A stretch of 64,000 bases of DNA, taken from Octopus bimaculoides (taxonomy: Eukaryota). Shown here one piece after another: positions 28,701 through 36,110 of the stretch (position 1 is the stretch's first letter; each line of letters begins with the position of its first letter). Under the pieces are notes generated by a model. It saw only the letters and a program-made list of their open reading frames with translations, was not told the DNA's origin and did no database searches. Location of the stretch: contig NC_068984.1 of NCBI RefSeq assembly GCF_001194135.2, forward strand, positions 58,146,303 through 58,210,302, given 5' to 3'. Position numbers and translations under genes: made by a program.

Positions 28701-29127
28701 CAATTGCTGTTGTTTTGATGGCACATATCTTGGTAAAGATTTAGGAACCACTGCAGTAATGATAGAAAAGACAGAAAATGTGTCTAGCACATTGGTAACA
28801 TTTTGATAATTGAAAGGTTTGCCAATCAGTTGGATATTTTCATTGCAATCTTGAATGTTTGTGTATATTGCAACATCATTGTTCCTGATATATTGAACGG
28901 TACTTTAATTTGAGATACACTTAAGTCTTGTAGAGAATCAATAGTTGATCAGAATTGGAGTAGTGTATGAACCTGAAGAGATAGTTTCTCCTTTGAGATA
29001 TAATTTAGCTATGTTATAGCTATATAGTTCACATGCAAGATCATCAAAAAATATATTGCCATTCAATGAGACCAGGTTGTTGTCTCTGTAAAAGGATATT
29101 TTCATATCTTTGTTTGTGGAAGTAATT

Positions 29128-29174
<47 letters not shown>

Positions 29175-31124
29175 ATATATAGGGAGAATTCACAAAAGCA
29201 ACAGACGAAGACAGGTGGTGTAGAAAACAAATAGATGTATTAGTATAACGCTCGGGAATTGAAAAAGTCATTAATGTTTCGAGCCTACGCTCTTCCACAG
29301 AAAGAAACAAGGAGAGAAAAAAAATGTGTCTAGTGGTTAGCGAGCTAAGAAAAGTGGTATCATCTGTATTGGTTAAAAGTAATGTAGACAATTCTTGATT
29401 GTAAAAAAAAAAGAAGTATATAAAAAGCATTGCAGAGTCTTGAAGTGCATCAAAATTTCTTAGAATATGTTTGGATGAGAACTCTTGATACAATGAAGTG
29501 GTCTGACATGATAAAAAATAAGTAGTGACTATAAATAGACAACTTTGAGAATGATTATCTTGAAGTCTATGTTGTTGCTTTCATTGAAGTTATCAGGGTC
29601 CAGGGACCATCTGAGAGCAGTATAGGAGAAGACTTTTGGTAGTTATGGGTCTAGGAAAACTGCCAGCAGTCATTGAGGAGGTGAAGATATTCAAAATAAT
29701 AAAAGTTGTGTTTCTTTACTATTTTCCCCACATGTAACATGGTGAAAATAGAAGAGTAGTTCAGATTTATGTGGTGTTGCTCTTCTTGATGAAACACACT
29801 CACACATTTCCATAAATTGGGGTAGTTATCTGTCGAAATAATTCAGTGGTTTAGTGAGGGGTGGGGAACATTTGGAAGCAGTAGCCTATTCGAGGGCTAA
29901 TAGATGGTATACTGCTAGATCTAATAAACCGACGTTGAAGTGACAACACACAAGTGTGTTTATAATGGGAAGGTGACCAGAGAGGAGGAATTCACTATAG
30001 GGTTTTACTCTCATGTTGTTATTAGTTATTATAGTTTGTTTTTCTGTGAACTCTGCTCTTGCTGTATGCACTTCTCCTCCCCACCTACCCATTTTCTACA
30101 GCTCCACCACCACCTCAACACACTCTCGTCTCTCCGTCTTTGGCCTACCCCCACGACCCTCACACCTCTCCTCTTCAGTATCTCTCTCCAAGTCTTTGCT
30201 ATGCCTATCTAATTTTGTCTTCTTTCCATGTCCTCTTTCCCTTGTAACTTACATTCATACTCATTTTATAATGTGGTTTAGCCACAATACTCCCCACACA
30301 ACCTATCTCATCAGACTTAGCCCTTTGTCCCTCCCTTTCTCACTAATTTCTTTCCTATTCCCTATCCCCTGTCTCATCCATACTTCCTGCCCTAGTAGTG
30401 TCTATTTTACCTTCTCTACTCTTGCCTAGAATCATTAGACTCTTTCTCTGCTATTTTCTTTCATTTACAAGGGTCTGTTTAGTCCCTTAGTCTTACAAGT
30501 TGCAAAGCAATCTTACTAGTGCTGGTGCCATGAAAAAGCAGATATTGGGGCTCTTTTTGGTCTTCTGACTCATTGTATCCTGTCAAACTATCAAACCCAT
30601 GCTAGTATGAAATACTACATAAATGAGGTTGATGTTGATGATAGTATATTAAATAATCTTTTTTTTTAAAGTTTTTTTTTATGGTAATATACAATAACAT
30701 TGAAAAATAACAAATTTATTTTCTAATTTCAGTAAAATATACCGGTACTCCCCAACAGAAGCAGCCAAAATTTATGACAAACCGTTGTCTCGGAAATTTT
30801 GTGTTGAATTTACACCAACTTCAACTATAGAATTATTGAAAAAAGGTACAGAAAAGTTAGTTGAGAGGGAAGCCCGAAGGAAATTGGTTGAAGAATATTT
30901 AGATGTAAGAGCATTTTTAATCTTTGTTTTATTCCAAGTTACTTTCTTTACCAAACTCTAGAATAATATTTTCTCTGTCAACTGAATAATAAAAGTATGT
31001 GTTATAATTAATACCGTTCATCTTTTCATGGTTGATAAGTTAAGTACCAGTTTAGTACTGGGGTCAATGTAATCAACTTACCCCATCCCTCAAAATTTCA
31101 AGCCTTATGCCTTTAGTAGAAAGG

Positions 31125-31156
<32 letters not shown>

Positions 31157-33418
31157 GATGATGATGATGATGATAATTATTCCGTCAAGGTCGGCTTTGC
31201 TTTCATCCTTTCAGGGTTGATAAAGTAAGCACCAGTTGAGCACTGGGGTTGATGTAATTGACGTACCCACCTCTTTACATCCTGGCCTTAGGCCAAAATT
31301 TGAAATCATTATTGTTCTTATTATCATCATTATCATCATCATTGGAAGAAGAAATTTTTTTTTAACCTAAAATGTTACTACTGAAGAATATTTGTATGTA
31401 TGATACATTTAAAAATATATTGTTTGAATTGTTATTTTTAGTCTTTGCATTCATTCATTACATTCAATAGTTTTGCTGAAATAAAAGACAGAAAACCTAT
31501 TTCCTGAATAAATTTGATTATTTACAGATTGAACTGTTTTATTACATTTTTTTTTCTTTTTAGTTTAAGCATTTAATGTTAAGCATTGATCCACCTGATG
31601 ACAATGACTCTGATGATAACAAGAGTACAGGAAGAGCATCTCCTATACCCAAAAAGACAGCAGAAAAGGAAGATGGAGTTGATCAAACACCAGAAAAATC
31701 AACTATTGTTGATAAAATTTCTGATGGGAGTGATGGTATCAAACCAAAGGTATATTTGTACTTATAAGTAGTTTTTTTTTTTAATAATGTTTGTTATCTG
31801 TATAACCCTTTACTATTTATACTGACCATATTAGGCCCAAATATTTCAGGTGGTTTATGTTCAAATCAGCCATATCTAACCTCTCACATCTCCCATACAA
31901 TGTCATTCTAAAATTAAACAATCACATCATTGAAATCTTAATGTGAATAACTAAGTATTACATTTGACTGAGTAGTCTGAATACTAAAGGGATAAAGTCC
32001 TACTTGCAGTAGTGTCTTGGGTTATTAGTGTGTTAAAATGCCTTTGCCAGAGATGTACTACAGCATTGGTGTTGGAATAAAGGTTAATCCTTCAGCCAGT
32101 GGGTAAAAACTACTATGACATCTTGGTTATCTGTAGCTCTCATAGTCTATATCAAAGGAGGAGGATCAGGTCTTTCTTGAGGCATAGGCTCATAACACCA
32201 CTTTCATGGATTCTGTGGCATGTACATTCCTCACTGGATGGGATGTTGGTCTGTTGCAGGATTACTTATTTTCGCTAGCGAGTGGAGTAGAGCAATGTGA
32301 TATGAAATGTTTTGCTCAAGAGCACAATGTATCACCTTGTCGAGGAATTGAAACCATAATCTTACGATCGTGAGTTCAACACCTTAATCACTAAGCCACA
32401 CACCTTCCCTGTATAGTATATGAAAATTGTTGAAAAAAACAAGGAGTGTAATGGCATCTGTAGAACTATAAGAATGCAAAATTATTTATTTACTCTTCAG
32501 TTTCATAATCATTTAAAAATATTTGTGTTTTACAAATTATTGATAGTGACTTCGAGAGTGATCATCATCATCTATATATGTTGTTTCAAATCAACAAGAG
32601 AGCCTCTACATGTTTACTTAAACTACTAGAATTAACAACCAGGTCTCTTTGATTATATTCTAATATTTTCAAAAGAAAAGAACATATTGGATAATGTTGT
32701 CTTAGATATGCAATTCCTGAGATGAGCAGGACAGTCCCGGCAGAAACGGCCATAGCTCCAACACTTTTTAATCATAGGTCTGTTCACTCATAACTGACCT
32801 AGCGCTGAACAACAATGATGAACAAAATTCAAAATTTCCATTTTATTCTTCTCTCTTTTAAAGTTATTTTATTAAAGTTCTTATTAGTCTGTTAGTCTAA
32901 TATCCAATCAAGTTCTGTAAATGAGAGTTTGTAAACTGTCTCCAGTGAAATTGTGTAAACTTGTTGAACAGTTCTATCTATACTGGCATAGAAATGCAGT
33001 TTGAAAAATATTAAAAAGCTAGAAATCACTTTCTTGGTAAACCATGGTTAATGGTTCCATGTAAAGTATAGTCTAAACAAATGATTTAGATGTCCTCCTC
33101 CTCCTCCTCCTCCTCCTCCACCATTCTTGAAGTTGTCTTTTCTGTTCCAACTAAGTGTTTTTTGTGGGATAGTCATACTTTGTCTTCTTTCTCTAACTAT
33201 TTTCTTTCTTTCAGCCGCAACATACAACACGGTCTCACAAGTATGCTGTATTACTTGAGAAAAAGAAAAGAATTAAAATGACTCCAAAATCCAAACCCAC
33301 CCCCACACCTCCCCCATCCCAACCACCAAAGAAAAAGCCCAAGAAGAAACGTCGACGGAGATTTAGTGAAAGTGAAGAGGATAGTGACAGTGAAGATGAT
33401 CCAGATTTTGTGGTTTGA
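1..33418 (+). CDS. NIPBL: Nipped-B-like protein (cohesin loader Scc2/NIPBL), 3' part; 25 exons, 5'-incomplete
   Basis: join(1-83,1619-1721,2136-2234,3774-3920,4093-4227,5092-5193,8146-8199,9446-9557,10064-10197,10695-10835,11965-12058,13972-14123,16212-16302,17871-17977,18409-18475,19362-19416,20259-20394,23605-23712,24252-24452,26164-26310,26821-26917,28271-28388,30733-30904,31564-31749,33215-33418) = 3045 nt. All introns are GT-AG, the phases are consistent and there is no internal stop. Peptides RPFAQSFDIYLTQ, VRTKAMKCLS, DTGISVRKRVIKI, GLIHPVQCVPYLI, RGNRQHRR, FPYQTQDEPLFI and LKQHLK match NIPBL C-terminal HEAT-repeat motifs as recalled. Confidence 0.97.
150..597 (+). mobile_element. 5'-truncated RTE-type LINE 3' end
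   Basis: Degenerate ORF end TWV*DGVVRKDLQTLGLAEEMTKD*DSWWFAVLEKTHQAK*, then a 3'UTR and a (GAT)n tail. The same family recurs through the window. Confidence 0.7.
1619..1721 (+). CDS. NIPBL: NIPBL window exon 2
   Basis: aaacag|G TSNYLLVYQEACLAACYLSSRRPFAQSFDIYLTQ|gtatgg. Confidence 0.93.
2136..2234 (+). CDS. NIPBL: NIPBL window exon 3
   Basis: ttacag|ILRVLSETAVAVRTKAMKCLSAVVEADPSILAR|gtaaaa. Confidence 0.96.
3774..3920 (+). CDS. NIPBL: NIPBL window exon 4
   Basis: tttcag|DDMQRGVHGRFLDQSTSVREAAVELVGKFILIRPELIPKYYDMLCDRIL|gtaagt. Confidence 0.96.
4093..4227 (+). CDS. NIPBL: NIPBL window exon 5
   Basis: ttccag|DTGISVRKRVIKIFKDICLEQPDFNKIPEMCVKMIRRVNDEEGIK|gtaatt. Confidence 0.96.
4680..4863 (+). 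repeat. RTE-type LINE 3'UTR fragment
   Basis: AGGAAGGGCATCCAGC core and a ...CATTAAACGATGACGATGA tail, shared with the copies at 21760 and 25244. Confidence 0.65.
5092..5193 (+). CDS. NIPBL: NIPBL window exon 6
   Basis: gaacag|KLVSEVFQTMWFTPCKEKESHEKLLRRVVNITEV|gtgagt. Confidence 0.95.
5657..5830 (+). mobile_element. tRNA-derived SINE (family A), decayed
   Basis: B-box-like GGTTCAGTCCC followed by the body GGGCAAGTGTC...GAGTGGATTTGG shared with other copies. Confidence 0.65.
7530..8031 (+). mobile_element. tRNA-derived SINE (family A), near full length
   Basis: Head GCAGGCATGGCTGTGTGG (A-box-like) and GGTTCAGTCCC (B-box-like), internal (TA)n/(CAT)n/(TG)n with an N-gap, tail AAAAGATAAAAGATAA. 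Confidence 0.75.
8146..8199 (+). CDS. NIPBL: NIPBL window exon 7
   Basis: ttttag|VAACKDSGIEFFEQMLEN|gtgagt. Confidence 0.94.
9009..9192 (-). repeat. RTE-type LINE 3'UTR fragment
   Basis: CATTTAACATCC...CATGCTGGCATGGGTTGG...GCTGGATGCCCTTCCTAATGCCAACC; reverse copy of the same family. Confidence 0.65.
9446..9557 (+). CDS. NIPBL: NIPBL window exon 8
   Basis: ttgcag|LLKEDENGKVNKSALQACRQIVNCLVGNVLSLEEKSV G|gtgagc. Confidence 0.93.
10064..10197 (+). CDS. NIPBL: NIPBL window exon 9
   Basis: aaacag|AG DGSGNNSEHLVACLSTLYMFSKIRPDLAVHHGTTLQPYLDIKCN|gttagt. An alternative in-frame acceptor would start the exon at 10058. Confidence 0.9.
10695..10835 (+). CDS. NIPBL: NIPBL window exon 10
   Basis: tcttag|TVEDTMVLHHVARILELIVPLMDHPSESFLAQLEEDMIKLILKHGMM|gtaaat. 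Confidence 0.95.
11965..12058 (+). CDS. NIPBL: NIPBL window exon 11
   Basis: ctttag|VLQSCVSCLGAVVNNVSHNYRLVKDCFQKFF G|gttagt. Confidence 0.95.
12839..13140 (+). mobile_element. SINE family A, 3' portion after a gap
   Basis: GAGTGGATTT...GAAACTGAAGGAAGAC, TG-rich middle, and CATGGCCGCAGTC..ATGACTGAAACAAGTAAA end. Confidence 0.7.
13972..14123 (+). CDS. NIPBL: NIPBL window exon 12
   Basis: ctttag|GT VLSKLMADHKKNPDNPTLVSRRPTLLRALFTVGLLCRHFDFDSKDMGETK|gtaagc. Confidence 0.95.
15863..16080 (+). mobile_element. tRNA-derived SINE (family C), CpG-decayed
   Basis: CTGGCAGAATT...GAGTTCAAATT (B-box-like)...AATAAGTACCAGTT..CACTGGGG; homologous to the copies at 41878 and 46653. Confidence 0.7.
16212..16302 (+). 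CDS. NIPBL: NIPBL window exon 13
   Basis: tcacag|VSIKDRVFDVLSYFIAHEDEDVRIKALTGL G|gtaagt. Confidence 0.94.
17871..17977 (+). CDS. NIPBL: NIPBL window exon 14
   Basis: ttttag|GT FMCIRHYEYMLGRTLKELYYYLLTDYNASMKLKIQ|gtatgt. Confidence 0.93.
18409..18475 (+). CDS. NIPBL: NIPBL window exon 15
   Basis: atgtag|ALKNLHGYLVEEEVKMIQADAE T|gtaagt. Confidence 0.93.
19362..19416 (+). CDS. NIPBL: NIPBL window exon 16
   Basis: tctcag|GG RKQCKAEDLRDMGDVQS GG|gtatgt. Confidence 0.93.
20259..20394 (+). CDS. NIPBL: NIPBL window exon 17
   Basis: tttcag|A MASTIIQVYLKQILESFICANSQVRGAALDVIHLVLRQGLIHPVQ|gtaggt. Confidence 0.95.
21760..21968 (-). repeat. RTE-type LINE 3'UTR fragment
   Basis: (CAT)n then CGTTTAACGTCCACTTTCCATGCTAGC...CTAACACCAACCACTCC. 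Confidence 0.75.
22600..22937 (+). repeat. RTE-type LINE 3'UTR fragment with internal duplication
   Basis: Two GGAAGGGCATCCAGCT cores, ending TAAATGACGATGATGATG; inverted relative to the 21760 copy. Confidence 0.7.
23605..23712 (+). CDS. NIPBL: NIPBL window exon 18
   Basis: tttcag|CVPYLITMGTESDAAVRIKADQQLQEIDKKYPGFIH|gtaagc. Confidence 0.96.
24252..24452 (+). CDS. NIPBL: NIPBL window exon 19
   Basis: cattag|MKALQGIKMSYKIQ...RGNRQHRRGLLTSVLNLFDDSA|gtaagt. Confidence 0.96.
25244..25841 (-). mobile_element. Young RTE-type LINE 3' end with a ~120-bp internal tandem repeat
   Basis: The reverse strand encodes LGLTEAMTTDRDLWKCAVREKTRQAK*, followed by a 3'UTR and a (GAT)n tail. CpGs are retained. 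A 10-N gap lies inside the tandem unit. Confidence 0.8.
26164..26310 (+). CDS. NIPBL: NIPBL window exon 20
   Basis: tttcag|RVSLEELLYVADNLAFFPYQTQDEPLFIIHQIDIIVSVSGSNLLQSFKE|gtaagt. Confidence 0.96.
26411..26605. mobile_element. piggyBac-like MITE
   Basis: TIRs CCCTTTAGCATT / AATGCTAAAGGG flanked by TGAA and TTAA. Related copies lie at about 13213-13430 and 31801-31994. Confidence 0.7.
26821..26917 (+). CDS. NIPBL: NIPBL window exon 21
   Basis: tttcag|GIFMKNNSNQNSDKKKKDFYDDEEEEDIETLM G|gtaatg. Poorly conserved charged linker; its phases fit both neighbouring exons. Confidence 0.86.
27259..27486. mobile_element. piggyBac-like MITE (second family)
   Basis: TAATCCTTTTGATACC...GGTAACAAAAGGGTTAA; homologous to 27974-28202. 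Confidence 0.6.
27487..27890. mobile_element. Palindromic tRNA-head / hammerhead-motif repeat, copy 1 (apex deleted)
   Basis: The arms are inverted copies meeting at about 27713. Hammerhead-like motifs lie at 27574-27619 (-) and 27801-27853 (+). Confidence 0.75.
27801..27853 (+). ncRNA. Minimal type-I hammerhead ribozyme motif, degenerate
   Basis: GACAC CTGATGA A AGCTG (G)n TATAT CAGCT GAA ATGT T GGGTT. The core is intact; stems I and III are mutated. Confidence 0.55.
27974..28202. mobile_element. piggyBac-like MITE (second family)
   Basis: CTAACCCTTTTGATACC...GGTAATAAAGGGGTTAA. Confidence 0.6.
28271..28388 (+). CDS. NIPBL: NIPBL window exon 22
   Basis: tttcag|AA KLQSCNIQPLQEICRISQGCILLLVLKQHLKDLYGFTD AG|gtaagg. 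Confidence 0.94.
30733..30904 (+). CDS. NIPBL: NIPBL window exon 23
   Basis: tttcag|T KIYRYSPTEAAKIYDKPLSRKFCVEFTPTSTIELLKKGTEKLVEREARRKLVEEYLD|gtaaga. Confidence 0.94.
31564..31749 (+). CDS. NIPBL: NIPBL window exon 24
   Basis: ttttag|FKHLMLSIDPPDDNDSDDNK...SDGSDGIKPK|gtatat. Confidence 0.92.
33215..33418 (+). CDS. NIPBL: NIPBL terminal coding exon
   Basis: Long polypyrimidine tract ending tttcag|, then PQHTTRSHKYAVLLEKKKRIKMTPKSKPTPTPPPSQPPKKKPKKKRRRRFSESEEDSDSEDDPDFVV* with TGA at 33416-33418. In phase with exon 24. Confidence 0.85.
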   Translation, partial: PQHTTRSHKYAVLLEKKKRIKMTPKSKPTPTPPPSQPPKKKPKKKRRRRFSESEEDSDSEDDPDFVV

Positions 33419-33843
33419 TAGTGTTGGAATAATTTACTGTTTGTTTCTCTCATTTTCTTGGTTTTTACTTCTCACATCCAAAAAAGTTTATTTCTTCTCA
33501 AGAAAAAAACAAAACAAAACAAAAAAAAAACTGCAGATCATCTGTTTGCTGCTGCCAATGGCATCATCATTTTCAGTGCATCTTCATTCGTCTCATACCA
33601 AAAGACTTTAAAAGAACTACCCATCCATTAATATATTCATCATTGTTTTTGGAGACTGCATACACGGAAGTCTCTGAAATCTCATCAACCAGTGATAACT
33701 CACAGCTACCAAGACATACAGAATCCACAAACGCACATGTACACACACATACACATGCACCCATACAAACAACCATGCACACATGCACAGTGTATATAAG
33801 TGCATCTGCAATCACAATCCAACAACTTTTTAAAAAAATACTA

Positions 33844-33891
<48 letters not shown>

Positions 33892-34378
33892 AAAGGACAA
33901 CTTATAAAAAAAAAACAAAAAACAAAAGAAAATAGCATCAGCAACAAGCAAACAAAATGTGACCTGTATATAAATATATATATTTATATATGTAATGTGA
34001 AAGTTATTACCACATTACAGAAGACTAATGAAAGAAATTCAACTCCAAAAATCATTTGGACATTTCATTTGACATTTTCATCAAACATCAGCTGTAAACT
34101 TTCATCCATTTGCCATCTGTAAAGTTATATGTATTTATTTGTGAATATGTCCATTTTTTATAGTCCCTACAGCACCAAAGATGTCTGAAAACAGTGGATC
34201 AAAACTAAAGCCTTGTCTTCTGGAAGAAGATGGCAAGTTGTACTGTTTGTTATGATGCTGTAAATGTTAAAATTAAATTTTCATACTGTATAGTTTACTG
34301 AAAGCAAAGAAACAAAAAAAAAAAAAAAAGGAAAAAAGATTCCACAGGAAAACTTAAAACTAGTATTAATTTGTAAGA

Positions 34379-34384
34379 AATAAA
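34379..34384 (+). terminator. Candidate polyadenylation signal for NIPBL
   Basis: AATAAA about 960 nt after the stop codon, following an A-rich tract. Hexamer match only; no transcript evidence. Confidence 0.3.
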
Positions 34385-34603
34385 ATTTGAAAAAAATATT
34401 CAGGCTTGTGTGGCTTATCTTGCAAATTTGCTATTGTGAATTTGTTTTCAAGTCAATATCAAAGTTGTGGATGTGTAACTATAATAATGTATTGCTGGAA
34501 AAACTCATTGATATTTTGCTTAGGCAGGTAGGAAGTATTACAATAATATATTATTTACATTATTTATATTTGACGGATATTTGTCCTCATCTTGTTTGTT
34601 GTT

Positions 34604-34649
34604 AACACTACGTTTTGGTTGATATACCCTCCAGCCTTCATCAGGTGTC
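34604..34649 (-). ncRNA. Minimal type-I hammerhead ribozyme motif, G12>A
   Basis: GACAC CTGATGA A GGCTG GAGGGTATAT CAACC AAA ACGT A GTGTT. Confidence 0.55.
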
Positions 34650-34935
34650 TTGGGGAAATTTTGAACCTGGGCTCTCATTCCTAAGGTATTTTTTGATGTT
34701 GTCATCATTATTATTATTATTAAGGTCACTGCCTAGAATTGAACTTGGAATCTTGGGGTTAGTAGCCCGCGCTCTTAACCACTACACCCACGGGCATATG
34801 GCATAGTGGTTAAGAGCTCAGGCTACTAACCCCAAAATTCTGAGTTCGATTCCAGGCAGTGACCTTAATAATAATAATGATGACAACATCAAAAAATACC
34901 TTAGGAATGAAAACCCAGGTTCAAAATTTCCCCCA

Positions 34936-34981
34936 GACACCCGATGAAGGCTGGAGGGTATATCAGCCGAAACATTGTGTT
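34936..34981 (+). ncRNA. Minimal type-I hammerhead ribozyme motif, U4>C
   Basis: GACAC CCGATGA A GGCTG GAGGGTATAT CAGCC GAA ACAT T GTGTT. Confidence 0.55.
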
Positions 34982-35137
34982 AACAACAAACAAGATGTGG
35001 ACAAATATCTGTCAAATATAAATAATGTTAATAATGTACATAATTCCTCATCTCTTAAATATAGAACTGTATTACAATAATAGTTACAGTAACAACATGC
35101 GTACTTAAATACATCATGTATTTGCTACTAAATTCAC

Positions 35138-35173
<36 letters not shown>

Positions 35174-35177
<4 letters not shown>

Positions 35178-35342
35178 CACCCACTACACTCTCGGAGTGG
35201 TTGGCGTTAGGAAGGGCATCCAGCTGTAGAAACTTTGCCAAAATAGATTGGAGCCTGGTGTAGCCATCTGGTCCACCAGTCCTCAGTCAAATTGTTCAAC
35301 CCATGCTAGCATAGAAAGCGGACGTTAAACGGTGATGATGAT
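35174..35342 (+). repeat. RTE-type LINE 3'UTR fragment
   Basis: AAAGCACCCACTACACTCTCGGAGTGGTTGGCGTTAGGAAGGGCATCCAGC...GACGTTAAACGGTGATGATG. Confidence 0.75.
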
Positions 35343-35649
35343 ATATATAGTGTGTGTGTGTGTGCATGTAGTATTTATATGTATTGTATATATCTATCTT
35401 TGTGTCTTATGTCTTTTTATATATGCTCAGAAAAGCTGGATAGATACTTATTTGAATGGAGAGAGGAATAACAAGATATGTGTAAAAAGAGATTGAGTGT
35501 GAACATATTTAATATAGAAGGGGTGACAGATGAAAGTCTGCTGAATAGGTAAGGAGGACAGCAGATGGTAACTCAGTACATACAATTTGGTGAAAAGCCA
35601 ACATGTTGAATAAATATATCGCAGCTTTCATCATTCCCCATTTTAGCAT

Positions 35650-36110
35650 ATATTTCATCAAGCTTGCACAGGTAGTTCAGCTTCTCCAACACTGTGTACT
35701 ACCAGTCAACACTATCTTATGTCATCCCCTTTGTGAATTGTAATAACTTGAGATTAGTTTTCCTGAGTCTCCCACCTCCAGAAGCCTCATTGATTCTAAG
35801 CAGTTGGCACTTCCCTATACACTTGCCCTCCTCCATGTGTCAGTCTTTTCCCTTACACTCTACATTTGATTTATATTTATCTGGTTTTCCTCTCATCTCA
35901 TTTGTACTCTGATATTAATGCACATTAACATTATACACCCAGCAAAGCATCATACTTGGTTCCTTTCTTTCTAGTATTCGCAAGTCCTTTGCATTCATGT
36001 TGACAATCGGCATGCATGTCATGCTGCTAGACAGCATCGCACTTCACACAAGCATCATAAAATCTGCCCTTTGCCCTCAAAGAGAAGCCCTTTGTTGCCA
36101 GTAGAGGTAA
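35650..36110 (-). mobile_element. Decayed RTE-type LINE ORF C-terminus
   Basis: Reverse strand reads LPLLATKGFSLRAKGRFYDACV...DLRILERKEPSMM...GRLRKT, the RTE C-terminal pattern, with frameshifts. Confidence 0.6.

Larger units (their letters stand above)
34547..35071. mobile_element. Palindromic tRNA-head / hammerhead-motif repeat, copy 2
   Basis: Head-to-head inverted arms centred at about 34792. Right arm: A-box TGGCATAGTGG (34799), B-box GAGTTCGATTCC (34842), hammerhead-like motif 34936-34981. The left-arm motif is at 34604-34649 (-). Confidence 0.8.

Noticed and set aside
29960-30460. Pyrimidine-rich ORFs (also 21932-22232)
   Set aside because: Low-complexity intronic sequence with no recognisable domain or splice support.
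34793-34864. tRNA-like sequences (also 40524-40599) considered as real tRNA genes
   Set aside because: They have A/B boxes but no complete cloverleaf and are embedded in multi-copy repeats; these are SINE heads.
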